NCBI GenBank assembly: GCA_964016885.1
Contig: OZ024750.1
Span: forward strand, 54,188,001 to 54,252,000
Length of the DNA stretch: 64,000 bases
From: Eledone cirrhosa
Taxonomy: Eukaryota
Direction of reading: 5' to 3'
Position 1 is the first letter of the stretch; each line of letters begins with the position of its first letter. The position numbers were made by a program, and so were the translations under genes. The notes under the pieces are model-generated. The model saw only the letters and a list, made by a program, of their open reading frames with translations. It did no database searches and was not told the origin of the DNA. This document shows positions 11,153-24,865 of this stretch, in pieces.

Positions 11153-12641
11153 ATCTACGTGATAAACACACCCAGTACATGCTGTGAAGTGGTTGGTGAT
11201 AGGAAGGGCATCCAGTCGTAGAAAGCTTGTCAAAGGGTTGACAAGGACATGGCAGCATCCCTGATAATACTGATGTATAGAATACAATAAAAGTACCCAG
11301 TATGCTGTAAAGTGGTTGCTGATAGGAAGGGCATCCAGCTGTAAATGATGATAGATAAAAGCATCATTCACTATCCCATGCCGGAGTAACATGTACTCTT
11401 GGGTCCCAAATAATAGGGGAGGGGGTTGGACATTTGCTTAAATTCTTATAAGTAGCGGGGAGGGGGTATTAGTAATTGTATAGGGTACATTCATAAATAT
11501 GGGATTTCTTGTAATATTTTGTTTTTGTCATATATAGTAGAATCTCGCATTGCCCCCATTGTACGAGTAATTTGATGAACGGACCGAGGCTCATGTGAAT
11601 ATTTGTCTTGTAGTACAAGTGGAAATCCGTAGTACAAGTGAGTTTTATACAATTAAGAAAACCAGTTTACATATTTCTTTTGCATTCTCTTTTGTTTTTA
11701 TAATTGTCGTTTTCCTTGTAACTGCACCTTTTCTATTTTAAAACCCTTAAAAATGATTTGGGGGTGGGGTTTTTTTGAGGGGGGGGGGGGGGCAGGGGAC
11801 TGGAATTGATTATTTATATTTTAATTAATTTCAATGGGGAAATTGATTTGTAAAATGAGTAAATCGTAAAACGAGATCAATTATGAAATGAATTCAACTC
11901 GTACTGCAAGGTATCACTGTTTTTTAATGTAAAATAACATTATTAGATTCTCCAGCTGCTGTTTCAATATGAATCACTTACAATAAAATTTCCTTTGAGT
12001 TAGTTTAGGGGGCACATTCATTGAAGACCTGAGAGTAGAGGAATTCCTCACAGTGACAACAGCTGTATCACGGTTGAGAATCATTGATTTGTCAAACAAT
12101 TCTTAGAGATGAAATAAGTCGGTCACTATGAGGAACTGTAACAATAATGTTCTATGTATTGAGTTTTCTTACAAAGGTAGCCATCCTTCGTTTTACTCAT
12201 ACAATATATGTCTAAGTCTAAAGTTTGCCTCAAACCCAGATGCTCATCAGGCCAGTGCTTATCTTGATTTTTGTGGCATGAAGCAACTGAGAGTCCAAGA
12301 CTACCCCTGAACAGGACACCAGTCCCTTGCAAAGTTAAACCTCCAGTTATTGCTGGTACTCATTTTCAGCTGAGTATACTGGAGCAATGTGAAATGAATA
12401 AAACACAAACCCAGTCCAGGAATTGAACCTATGACATTATAATTGTCAGTCCAACACCCTTACCACTCGACCACACACCCTCACTTATATATCTGCTTTC
12501 CTTGCTGTCATGGGTTGGATGGACATCACAGTTTACTCATATTAGGCATGTTCTCTATGGCTGTACACTGTAACATTTTACAGTATGTACTGGAGGCATT
12601 TAATGAATTATTTTGTGTTTTTTTCCCCTTTTGCAGCTATA

Positions 12642-12718
12642 ATGGGTGATACCGATGTAATAGTGACCAAATTTACCAATAACAATGCAATAGCACTGGA
12701 TTCTAAACAGCCAGCTGT
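12642..12718 (+). CDS. ACSBG2: ACSBG-like acyl-CoA synthetase, putative first coding exon (MGDTDVIVTKFTNNNAIALDSKQPA)
   Basis: Polypyrimidine tract + cag acceptor (exon starts 12637), ATG at 12642, gtaagt donor at 12719. The phase-2 end joins in frame with the 35461 exon. No family homology is visible in this peptide; assignment rests on splice signals and phase. Confidence 0.6.
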
Positions 12719-13549
12719 GTAAGTATCTTCTATTTCATTAGCCTTTTACTGGTTCCTGTCATTAGACTGGGATTTTTTTAATCAATCATATCAACCACTG
12801 TACTTATTTTTTGTCTGGTAATTATTTTATTGCTGTCTTTTTGTTAAACTAATTCATGAGGCATTAACACGCACGCACACACACACACTTAATATGATGG
12901 GCTTCTTAAGAGTTCCTGTCTACCAAAGTTGACTCAACAACACATTGGTCAGCAAAAGGCTATAGTGGGAGACACTTGCCTAAGATACCACACTGTGGGA
13001 CCAAACTTGAAACCACATGGCTGCAAAGTGAGCCCTTTAACCACACAACTATGTCTTATTTAATTCTGTTGAACTGGTCTTTAGGTGAGAAATTGGTAGT
13101 GGCAGATAAAATGCCTTAGTAGTATTCATTCTGGCTCCCTACACTCTTGAGTTCAAATCTTGCCAAGGTCAACTTTATATTTCATACTTTTCGGTTGGAG
13201 TTTTCTTACAAAAGTAGCCATCTGGTGAAGGACGGTGGATTGTTAAAATGTTGGGTTAAATGCTTCATGGTATATATTTCAGATCTCTGCATTCTTAGTT
13301 CAAATCCTGCTGAAGTGAACTTTACATTTCATACTTTTAAGTTCGATAAATAAAATACTGGTCCAGGGCAGTGGATTGGTAGAATTATTAGTGCCAGACA
13401 TGATGTCCTTTAGTATCTCTTTTGGTACTTTCCATTCTTCCTCTACATATAATGTCAACGATGCTAATTTGTGTGAGCCTGGGCAACATCAGTGACATTG
13501 AGAGGAGTGCTTGAAACAGTCTTGTTTCAGCTTGCAAAATTTCTTAATA

Positions 13550-13921
13550 TAAAATGGGCCTAGTACACTCTGTAAAGTGGTCGTGTTGCTGTCATGATAA
13601 AATATACACATTATACTCTGTAAAGTAGTAGTGCAGGTGCCAAAATAAAATGCAGTCATCACACTCTGTAAAGTGGTAGTGCTGGTTCTACGTTAAAATA
13701 TTCCCAGTATATTCTGCAAAATGGTAGTACTGGTGCCATGATATAATGTGCCCATAGTACACTCTGTAAAGTGTTTGGTGTTAAAAAAGGTATCCAGCTT
13801 TAGAAACATTGCCAAAATATGGAATGTAAGAGCAAGATATGGTTATTTCAGATTGTGATGACTTATTCAACCCATGCCAGTATAGAAATGGTCATTAATC
13901 AATGAGGATGATGATGATGAC
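13550..13921 (+). mobile_element. Old RTE-derived SINE body with ~5 tandem copies of the ~50-bp internal unit
   Basis: Repeated acactctgtaaagtggt..gtgc units followed by ggtatccagc and a (GAT)n tail. Confidence 0.7.
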
Positions 13922-14194
13922 TCTTGTAGCCAGTCACATGACTGCGTACATTCGTGGCACTGGACATTTACATAATGGCTGGCGATAAAGGCAAACTTTT
14001 GAGTTCCTTCCAACACCATATTGATCCATTTTTACATTCTTCAGATTTATTTAATTACATATGGGCTTGTTAATTCTTAGAATTTTACTCTTCTACTTAT
14101 ATAGTAATCACTGATAATCATAGATTTGGCACACAGCACAACACAAAGATAATTTGGAAAGAAAAAGCATTTTTGAAATGCAAAATAATAATAA

Positions 14195-14385
14195 TTGTTT
14201 CTATATTAGGCACAAGGCCAGCAATTACCCAGTACATTACTGGTACTTTATTTTATCGACCCTGTAAAGATGAAAGGCAAAGTTAACCTTGGCGTGATTT
14301 GAACTCAGATCATAAAGGGACATAACTCTATGCTTCAAAGCATGGTGTCCGACTCTCTAACGATACTGCCAATCCACCGCCCTTA
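14195..14385 (-). mobile_element. tRNA-derived SINE, second family (Meta/MESC-like domain)
   Basis: Sense tggcagtatcg A box, gagttcaaatc B box, gcctttcatc..gggtcgataaaataaagtaccag. Copies at ~25065-25250 (-), ~28935-29125 (-), ~37060-37265 (+), ~48390-48572 (+). Confidence 0.8.
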
Positions 14386-15159
14386 TGCAAAATAATAATT
14401 ATAAGTAGAAGAATGTCTTGTCACATGATTTCTCTACTTGTGCTTGCTTTTATTGATCTGAAGGGGTGGGAGAGAAGGTGAGGTTAATTTTTGTCTGATT
14501 GTAACATAGGCCTGTAAGCTCCTGAAACTGTTTAGGCCATTATTGGATCCAATTTAGCAATTTTGCCAGTAAATTACTGTTTTCCTAAGATGTAGTGTTA
14601 AGAAACACTGCTGTGATTGTCTTCGCCATATATTTTTACTGTACTAATGTTGATGCAGGACATTCTTTCTATGATCATCCCATTTTATTATAGATTCTAT
14701 TACAACAGTGTCATTACGCAGGTACTTAAGTTCTGGGGGCTTCAACACCAACTCAGCCTACCATATTGTGCACATACACACTTTTTGATAAAGGTAGTTA
14801 TGGAATCATAGAACAAGATCAAATTAATAGAGAGAAAATCGTTTATGTATATGTTGTTAGACCTCTGTCAGCTCTGATGATGAATGTCTGTTGTTTGATC
14901 AACAAAATTACCTGCTTGTAAACATTAACTTAGCAAGTGTCTGAGCATTCCACAGATATGTGTTCCCTTAATGCATTTATTTCTCAGAGATTCAACGTAA
15001 CACTATTTGCCTAGGGTGGTTCTTTGAAGTAACAGGTACAACTCATTTTTTTGCCACCTGAGTCGATTGGAGTAATATGAAATGGTATCTTTCTCAAGGT
15101 CACAATGTCCTGCCAAGAAGGGAATCAAACTCAAGACCTTTCAGTCTTGAGCTGCACAT

Positions 15160-17421
15160 CATCATCATCATCATCATCATCACCGTTTTACGTCCGTTCT
15201 TCCACGCTAGCATGGGTTAGACGGGTTGTCCTGTTGTGGGCAGTGTCTGGTCGGCTGACCATGCCTTGCTCATACAGGAACTGATCTGGCTTGATTTCTA
15301 CAGCTGGATGCCCTTCCTAACACCAACCTCATTTACAGTGAGTGCTGGGTGCTTTTTCGTGGCGCCTACACGTTCACTTTACAGTGTGGGCTGGGTGCTT
15401 TTTTGCCGTGGCACCTCCACGACCACCTTGCGGTGGGGGCATATTGTTTATATGCTTCAGCATGTACCCATGGGAGGTCGGGTACCCTGTATTACTGCGT
15501 GACGCCAGAAGTCACGGTCGTGTGTCATTGACTTTGAGAGGTGTAGTTGGGTAAGGTCGGCTTTTATCACCTCATCCCAAGTCATCTTGGGTCTCCCCAC
15601 TCCGCGGTTTCCATCAACTTCTAGTGCTCTGCACCTTTTTATGCAGCTGTCATCCTTCATACGCATCACATGTCCATACCAGCGTAACCGCCTCTCCTGC
15701 ACGAAGCATTTGATTCCTCTTATGCTCAGTCTCTCTCTCAATTCCTTTATGCTTTGTCGTTCACGTATATTACTGTTACACATCCATCGGAGCATGCAGG
15801 CTTCGTTTCTCTCTAATCTACGTAAGTCTTCCACCTTCAGCGCCCAGGTCTCACTACCATGCAACATCGCTGTTCGGATACACACATCATACAGTCTGCC
15901 TTTCATTCTGAGGGAGAAGCCTTTTGCAGCTAGCAGTGGTAGTAGTTCCCTAAACTTCTTCCATCCCGTTCTTACCCTAGTTATTGTACTTTCTGAGCAC
16001 CCACCTCCGTTGCTAATTCGGTCACCTAGGTAGCAGAAGCTGTCTACTGTTTCTACAGGGCCCTCCCAGAGATTGGTGGTACTTGTTTCCTGTGGCTGTT
16101 TGCTTGCTGTTTCAGCACAGCTGCTGCATGTGAATCCTACATTCTTAATTAAGCTTCCTGAGATCCCGCTACATCTCTTGTGTACCCATTGTTTGCATTT
16201 GGGGCAAAGAATGGAGTTCCTACCTACACCTTTCCTACATACTGAGCAAGGCCATTTCCCTGAGGGGATCTGGGTTCTGTTTTCTCGTCTACTTATAAGG
16301 ACCTTAGTCTTTGTCATGTTGACTTTGAGGCCCTTTCTCTCTAGTCCCTGCTTCCAGGTTTGGAATTTATTCTCTAGTTCTACCATAGATTCAGCTATGA
16401 GTGCGAGGTCATCAGCATACAGGAGTTTCCATGGGCATCCGGTCTTAAACTCCTCCGTTATTGCCTGCAGGACTATGATGAACAGGAGAGGGCTAAGAAC
16501 AGAGCCCTGGTGGACCCCAACCTGTACGCTAAATTCCTCGCTATACTCATTGCTAATCCTAACTTTGCTGACTGCTCCCCTATACATGGCTTGTACCGCT
16601 TTCACAAGCCATTCATCTATTCCTAGTTTTCTAAGAGCCCACCAGATTACTGCACGTGGAACTCTGTCAAAGGCTTTCTCAAGGTCGACAAATGCCAAGT
16701 AGAGTGACTTACTTTTAGCTAGGTACTTTTCCTGTAATTGCCTCACAAGGAAGAGGGCATCAGTGGTGCCTTTCCCTGGTACAAACCCAAATTGCATCTC
16801 GTCTATATTCACCCGGTCCCTAATCAGCTGTGCTATAACTCTTTCTGTTACTTTCATGACCTGGTCCATCAACTTTATACCTCCTATAGTTTCCTCTATC
16901 TAGTGCATCGCCTTTACCTTTGTAGCAGTTGACAATGATGCTACTGCACCAATCTTTTGGTATGGCCCCCTCTAGTATTACCTGGTTAACGATACGTGTG
17001 GTTATAGTGTGACCTACAGACCCAGATGCCTTCAGCATCTCGGCAGCTATACCCGATGGACCGGTTGCCTTCCCTATCTTCATATCTCTGATTGCCTTAC
17101 TTACTATGCTGCCGCTGACTTGTACTGCTGGTCCCTCTATAGGGTCTACGTGGGGTAGGGTCTCTTCTTCCCATGCATTCTCCTCATTTAGTAATCTATC
17201 ATAATGACTCTTCCATGCATCTTTCTTCTCAGCACTTGTGAGGGCAAGCTCACCTTTATCATTCCGGATACACTTCTCTCCAATGACATCACAACTATCT
17301 CTGACACACTGCCTCGCAATCTTGAATACCTCCTGTTTCTGGTCCTCACGTTGTAAAACATGCTTGAATTTTCTATCCTCTGCTTCCCTCCTAGCTAAGT
17401 ATACTTGTCGCCTAGCTTCCC
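15160..17421 (-). mobile_element. 5'-truncated RTE-clade LINE (RT domain, one frameshift near 16870) with SINE-like 3' module
   Basis: 471-aa ORF with FVDLEKAFDRV, GVHQGSVLSP, LLYADD; (GAT)n tail at ~15160-15180. Confidence 0.93.
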
Positions 17422-18805
17422 ATCCTAACCACTAAACTACTTCACACCAATCAAGTAGTGACTGAAGCATAAATTAAAATGAACCACTCCCCCTCCTTTC
17501 TCTTTGTGCTTTTTCCTGGAAAATCAATACTAATTAGTGCTGAATATATTATTATTGTCCTGCTTGTTATTAGGGAGAACAACAAATGTATTGTAATACT
17601 ATCTCTCTTTCTCTCTACTAGATAAACATCATGTTGTAGCAGGTCGGGGAACCTTCACTCATGTGACCTATCAATAACAGCCACATCTCAAATAACATCT
17701 TATATTATACAGTCTTAAAAAACAAACAAAAAATAAAATGGGAGAATACATTAGTTATTAATTACCTAAATAGTGAAGTGGGGTTGTGCAGATGATAGGG
17801 CGAAATGGAGAAGTTTGCCATGGGGTACTACAAGGCAAACCCCTGTTTTAGCTACGGAAAATGGCCTTAAAATATTTGTTGTTGTTGTTGTTCATTAGTT
17901 AATTATTTCCGAGATACACTAATAATAGATCTTTGTTGGTTTTAACAATGAATGTTTTAGTTGTTTGATCAACAGAACAGCTTGTTAACCTTTTTGTGAT
18001 CAAATTTCTAATGAAATACATTCTATTTCAATCAATTAATGAAGAATTTTTAGTGATTTACTAAAATTATCATCACATTATTAAAAAATTGCTGTGTGCA
18101 ACTAGTTTAGGCTAATGCTGTGTGTCCTAAGAAGTGATTAAAATATATGGTGCCATGAAGGTATTTCGCATAAAACATTGCCTCAAAATGGACCCCATGA
18201 TTGAAATAAAATTTATCATGGGACACAAAGTTAATCCGAACTTTAGCAGGGAAGATGGCCTTAAAATGTCTGTTATTTTGTTGTATTTCAGCCTACCCTT
18301 GTAAAGTTATGCTGGAAGATTTTAATTTAAACAGGAAACCTTTAAAATGAGTAGTTTTGTTTTATAGAATCGGTTAGTTTTGACCATGTTGTTTAGGGGG
18401 CAAAGTATTACACATATATATGTACCCTTCCTCATTTGATATGTCACCTGAAACCACCCCTGTTTCTAAGATACTGAGCAGTTTATTTTTGTGTTCATAT
18501 TTATCTAAAAACCTTTCATCATTATTTTATGTAAAAAATATTTATCTTCCAACCACTAACTCAAAAGAAAAGTTATATTAAAAGTGGTTGTGCTGCTGAG
18601 ATGACAAAAAGCACTCAGTCCACACTAATTTGGTTGGTGTTAGGAAAGGCATCCACCCTTAGAAATCAAATCAAAATAGAGATCCATATGAACAAGATAG
18701 TCTCCTGCCCTGATCTCACAACTTGTCTAACTCAGCCAAGCATGGAAAATGGACAATAGATGATGATGAAAAGAGTAATATACTTCTCAGTGAGTTGAAC
18801 AAGGC

Positions 18806-19099
18806 ACGGTATGTGATGTAACACGGTATGTGATGTGACACGGTATGTGACGTGACATGGTATGTGATGTAACACGGTGTGTGATGTAACACGGTGTGTG
18901 ATGTAACACGGTATGTGATGTAACACGGTATGTGATGTAACACGGTATGTGATGTAACACTGTATGTGATGTAACACGGTATGTAACGTGACATGGTATG
19001 TGACGTGACACGGTATGTGATGTGACGTGACACGGTATGTGACGTGACACGGTATGTGACGTGACACGGTACGTGACGTGACACGGTACGTGACGTGAC
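18806..19099. repeat. 17-bp minisatellite (CACGGTATGTGA(T/C)GT(A/G)A)n, ~17 units
   Basis: Direct inspection. Confidence 0.95.
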
Positions 19100-22000
19100 C
19101 AAATTTTAGAATTACAGGTACAATCCATCTAATGGAATTCTCAGTTTTTGCCTTCCCAATTTAACTTACAAGGCTTGGGTTGATATGAAGCTACAGTAAA
19201 AGACCTTGCCCAAGATCCCATACTTCTGGGATTGATCCTGGATTCCTATGATTGTGAAGTGAACTTCTTAACATTAAACTGCTTACGGGTCACAGTGCAG
19301 CACTTGCAGTGATACACCACACACATACAACAGGCTTCTACAGTTTCTGTCTATCATAATATAATAAAGGGAGGAGTGCAGGACTGCCCTGAATATATTT
19401 CTTTATCTTGTTAGTAAAATAAGTTGGATTACTTTGAATAAATAATGAATGAATGTTACATAATTTATCTACTAAATTTCGTAACTCTTGATTAAATATA
19501 AATAATTTTATTGCTTATTTCAAGATTCACTTCTTTTAAAATTTTCAAATGTCAATATTTCTGGTTATGATATAACAGACGCTATATCACATCATTTATA
19601 TAAACGTTCATATATTTGCATCGTTATATCATAACGTTTATATTTCTGTCATTAATTTTCTCCTTTTTCGTTTTCATTACATTTCACCGTAATGCAGTTT
19701 ATATATGATATCGTCTTTTTTAAATGTATCATGGATTACTTTACTGATTACAGAAGACAGTGTAACACAGTCTCTCTTCAATTTCTGTGCATATTGTCAA
19801 TTACGATAGTATTTGATGTATCATATCTACATGTATATATACTTGTGTATAATATCAATATACACACTACACATGCTAGCAGAAAAACCACCCTTTGTTG
19901 AAATTAGGTCAAATCTGATCAATTTTTTTTACAAATATTTGGTTTTCAAGTATATTTGTGTCATGTTACTGAGTTAGAATACAACTATGGTTTATTCATC
20001 CTTACAGGGTTGATAAAATAAATCACTAGTAATACACTGGGATAACTGCTGGCCTTGTGCTAAAACTAGAAACAATTATATATAGAGAGAACACTGTTAT
20101 AAGAAGAGAATATTTCTGCAGAGAAGGAAATAACCTATAGAAATGGGAGATTGTAGAGTTTAAGAGAAGTAGAGAATGAAGTGAGAGAACTTTATTCCTT
20201 TATTCCATATGCCGCAGCCATGAATGAAAGTTAAGGGTCTAGTAATCTGCCATCTCTGCGAACATTTAGCCATGACTGGTGACATATGATTGTTTATTGA
20301 TTTTGTTAATTTCATATCATTTAAAGTGGTATATAATATTTCATGTTTAAAATGTGTCGATTGTTTGGATAGTTTGCTATGTTCTAAGTTGTAGGCTAGT
20401 TTTTGCTTTTGTGTACTTGAAATAATTTCATTCATTTCATTTTATGTCCACTTTTCCCTGCTTGCAAGGGTGGGATGGGAACTGATTCTGGCTTAATTTC
20501 TACAGCTGGATGCCCTTCCTAACACCAACCTCATTTACAGTGAGTGTTGGGTGCTTTGTTTGCCGTGGCACCTCCACGTCCACTTTGCAGTGGAATGATA
20601 GGGACCTCAGTCCCCTTCATCTCATTTCTATAGCTGAGTAAACTGGAGCAATGTGAAATAAAGTGTCTTGCTCAAGGAAACAACACATCACCCGGTCTGA
20701 GAATTGAACTCACAACCTTTCGATTGCAAGACCAATGCTCTAACCACTAAGCCATGTGCCTCCTTGAAATATGAACAATAATTTCTTGATTAGAATTAAA
20801 GTAAGGTTACTTCAAAAATTGTAGCAAACTTCAATTGCTTCCTAAAATAGATCAGGTGTGTAATAATTGTTTAAGTTAATAGTTGATGTTAGTACAAGTG
20901 ATAAATGGGGTTAAAGTCTGTGATAGAAGCTGAAGAGGTTTTTCTCTCTCCATGTTTAAGACCAAGGTTTATTTCTTCTGTTCAATAGATTATATAATGT
21001 TAGTTCCTTATGTAAATGTTTCTACAAAGGTGAAGAAGCTATGTCAAAATGAACAAACTCGTTTTGTATCATATTAAAAATGTAACACCTTTTTGTTAAG
21101 TAATGTTCCAAGCATCAGCTTAGTAATAGAAATGTTAGTTATTTTATGTAATTCCTCCAAATTTTGGATTCATCATCATTTAATGTCTGATTTTACTGTT
21201 AGAAAGAGTTGGATTATTTTCAATATTGATTGAAACACATTGACATCATCATCATCATTTAACACCCATTTTCCATGCTAGCATGGGTTAGACAAGTTGT
21301 CCCATTGTGAGACAAGTCAGATCAGGTGACTGTCTTGCTTGTACAGAACTGTCTCTGGCTTGGTTTCTACATCTGGATGCCCTTCCTAATGCTAACCACA
21401 TTTACAGTGTGGACTGGGTGCTTTTTGTCATGTCGCCAATACAACCACTTTACAGGGTGGAGTGGGTGCTTTTTGTCATGTCACCAACATGCCAACTTTA
21501 TATTTTATTAGAAATATAGTAGCATATGGGTTAACATGGCCATAAAACTAGGTTGGGGTGGGGGTATAGTCAATTAAATTGACTCCACTATGTAAGCAGC
21601 AAATTGGTAAGAGTTGTTAGAACATCAGATTGAATTCTTTGTGATATTTGTTCTGGTTGTCTGCGTCCTGAGTTCAAATCCCACTGAGGACACTCTAGAA
21701 ACAGATACCCTCCCTGATGCCAACCCATACCTGATTTTTAGCATGGTATATACCATTGAAATTCATCAAACAGCTATACTGCTGGACATAAACAAGTGTC
21801 ACCACCTTCTTTAAACCATGGCATTGTGGAGACCCTCACGGCGACACACACACATATGCATGCACACACACGTACAAGCTTATTCATAGTTTAATTTACT
21901 AAATTTCACTCCGACAGCTTTGTTCGGCCCAAGGAAGAACATGCTGACCTAAGGGTTCATGCAGTGGGAATCCATATAGGTGCAAAACAAACTTTTTAAT

Positions 22001-22199
22001 CACACTGCCATGTATTTGTGCGCACTAACATGGAGAAACAATGTTGAATGATGATATATATATATATATCACCCTGAGTCTTCTTGAGAACTATGTTGAG
22101 GGTGTATGTGTCTGTGGAATGCTCAACCACTTCCATATTAATTTTACGAGCAGGCAGTTATGTATATATATATATTTTTCATTTATATTAAGGCTAAAA

Positions 22200-23985
22200 A
22201 GTGAGAATTCTTACTCTGGAGTTTCACCTGTTTATCACAAGGTCATCTGACAAGGACACTTGTATGGTGACCCTGTGCTAAACAGATATTGAGTACTTTC
22301 TTCTCCAGGTGGCCTTGTGTTTCAAAGTTCATCTAGTTCTGACAATGAGGTCGCTGACTTTCTTAGGGCCTTTCTAAATTGGTTAGCTAACCAATTTAGA
22401 AAGGCCCTAAGAAAGACCCATTGAAAGATTAAAGTGGTAAAAAAGCCAGGAAGTACCATAAAATGCCTGATCAGTAATACATACCCCTTTAAGAAACCCA
22501 CTATACGAATAAGAAATGTGTTATGTGGAATAAATCCTCAAATAAATTGTAAAACTAGAAATGTATTCTATAGCTGTACAGAGGGTACTTGCAGAAGAAT
22601 GACAATGACATACATAGGAGAGACAGCCCGTAGCATAGGGGAGGGTATAGACCAACACTGGAGGGAACTAAGAGGACAAAAAGATAGTTCGGTACTATAT
22701 GAACATGCCAGACAAAGACATGATGGTAATATAGACAACATAGAAATTAAAATAACTAGCTGACGTACCCAGCTTCGCCCGGGTAAACAGATAAGAGAAG
22801 ACAGGTACTAGAGAAAATGACTGTATTGGATGTTTGTCTGGTTACAGTATGAAGCGAGTCCGTGGTGTCTGTGTGATACAAAAAAACAGTAAAAAAAATC
22901 TTCCAGATATACCAGATTCTTCGTTGTACCGTATATGAACAATTCTAGGTGCTCCCACCTAGAATTGTTACCTCTAGGAGATGGTTCATCTTCTGCCTGA
23001 CTGTAAAACGTGTATCATTGCATAGACGTGGTTGTTCCACGTTTCTCAAAAGGATGATGGAAGTTCCAATCTTTTATATTATTTGTAGATATAGATAATT
23101 AATATAAAAGCTGATGCTCAGCCAGTTCGTCTTCAACCATCGCAGCACGCCGTCGCTGCTTGGCTCCAGTATTTCGTTGGCATTGTTCAGCCGGCACGTC
23201 TGAAGTTCGGTGTTCTGATGGCGCTGTTCGGCCCGTTTTTCTTCATTCCTGGCTGCATGCCATCGCCGCTGTAGTTCAGTTTGATAAAGTCGAATTGCTT
23301 TTACTTTCTGTGTAACGCTGCACGCGCACACACACATAAACATACGCTCACGTACATACACACGCACACATGGTAATAGTTACAGCGTTCACTTTGCCTC
23401 TCTGTTTCTTACTCTCCCCTCTCAATCCCTCATTGGCATTATGCATATTAATTTAAGTTTGGCGTCGTTGAGGTGGGCGGAGTCGTTTGAAACCTATGAA
23501 CCAATGATAATCGAGAATTATTACACACGGAATAATGACATTGTTGAAATTAATATATAGATATCTAATCATAGAAATGACTCAACAGGTAGACAAATCA
23601 GAGAAGCAACTGAAATAGAACTAAGAAACCAAAGTTGAACAGAAAAAATGAATGGAATTACAACAGCCATACCCAAACAAACAATACTGACCTAAGGGAA
23701 ATATAAATAAATAAATAAGTATATACACAAGTACAATAACCACAAACACATATAAACACACACTAGTGAACAACAATAGAATACAAACACACATAGACTC
23801 AAACACAAACACATACACCAAACAGAAAACACACACGCAAACGCATGTGCAAACAGAAACAAGAATAAATAAATAAATAAATAAAATAAAAATGGTGTAG
23901 ACATTACAATACAATGGAAGGAAACATAATAGTACCACTGATGATGTCATAGGTGTGTGACAAAAGAACTTTGATAGACTATATA
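22200..23985 (+). mobile_element. Penelope-like element 3' fragment (GIY-YIG endonuclease) with inverted 5' junction, interrupted by a Helitron
   Basis: C..RNVFY...C..C...YIGETAR in ORF 22434-22763, resuming at 23562 as ISNHRNDSTGRQIREATEIE; palindrome at ~22360-22413; degenerate hammerhead ctgatga-gtca..tgac-aaaa at ~23938-23965. Confidence 0.85.
22756..23561 (-). mobile_element. Non-autonomous Helitron
   Basis: Minus strand starts TC(TATATATTA), ends with GC-rich subterminal cccgggcgaagctggg then CTAG; inserted at A^T without TSD; removal restores the host ORF frame. Confidence 0.85.
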
Positions 23986-23987
23986 TA

Positions 23988-24865
23988 CAGGGTGCGGACG
24001 ATATTTGTTTGCAAGATTACTGTCTAGGAAAAAATAACACAGTAGTTTTATTTTTTAAGATTTATTTATCAAACTTGGGTCAGTTTGTCTTCATGACTTT
24101 TTCTTTCGATCTCACTCGGTAAACCCGCCATTGGCTTTGGTGATGGCCTCATGGCGCCCTCGGAACTGGCTACAGGCCTTTGTCACTGTCCCCTAAAGGC
24201 ACTTGTGATCCTGGCCTTCAGATCGTCTTTCGTATTGCAGCTAGATCTGTTGGTGTCTCGTTCCACTGCGCCCCACACAAAAAAGTCAAGGGGGTTGCAG
24301 TCAGGCGAGCTGGGAGGCCAGATGTCAGGTGAAGTGTGGTTGACGAAGTTCTCTGACAGCCAGGCTTGGGTCTTTCGGCTGGTATGGCAGAACGCTGAGT
24401 CTTGCTGCCACACGTATGGCCTACCTGCAGCTACCTGGTCGATCCAGGGCTTTACTACCTCGCTCAGAACGCGGATGTAGCCATCGGTGTTCAGCTTGAG
24501 GCCCTCCTCAGGGAAGAAGTGAGGTGGCATGACGTTGCCTTGACTGCTGACGACACCTAAGACCAATGTTGTCGCTGGAAACATGTCTGCATGACTCTGG
24601 GCACGTCTTTGGATGAGACAGCGAGCCACCTGTTGTTCTGGGAGTTGATCTTCTGGTTTTATTTGTCTTCCCGGCGTGGATTCCAAGAAGAACTCCGTGT
24701 CTCTTCCACAAATTTGGAGGTTCAAAATTATTCATAATCAATAATTCCGAAAATAATGGAAATATAGTCACTGTTTTTATGAAGACAAGAGTGACAACGG
24801 AAGTAAAAAAAAATTTGCATAAAATTAGCAGTTGAAAATTGCGAACAAATATCGTCCGCACCCTG
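23988..24865 (-). mobile_element. Internally deleted Tc1/mariner element, DD37D (maT) family
   Basis: TIRs CAGGGTGCGGACGATATTTGTT; WQQD-(37 aa)-D spacing ending WPPSSPDCNPLDFFVW; TA on the left, CA on the right. Confidence 0.9.

Noticed and set aside
18716-19128. His/Thr-rich ORFs in three frames
   Set aside because: 17-bp minisatellite artefact
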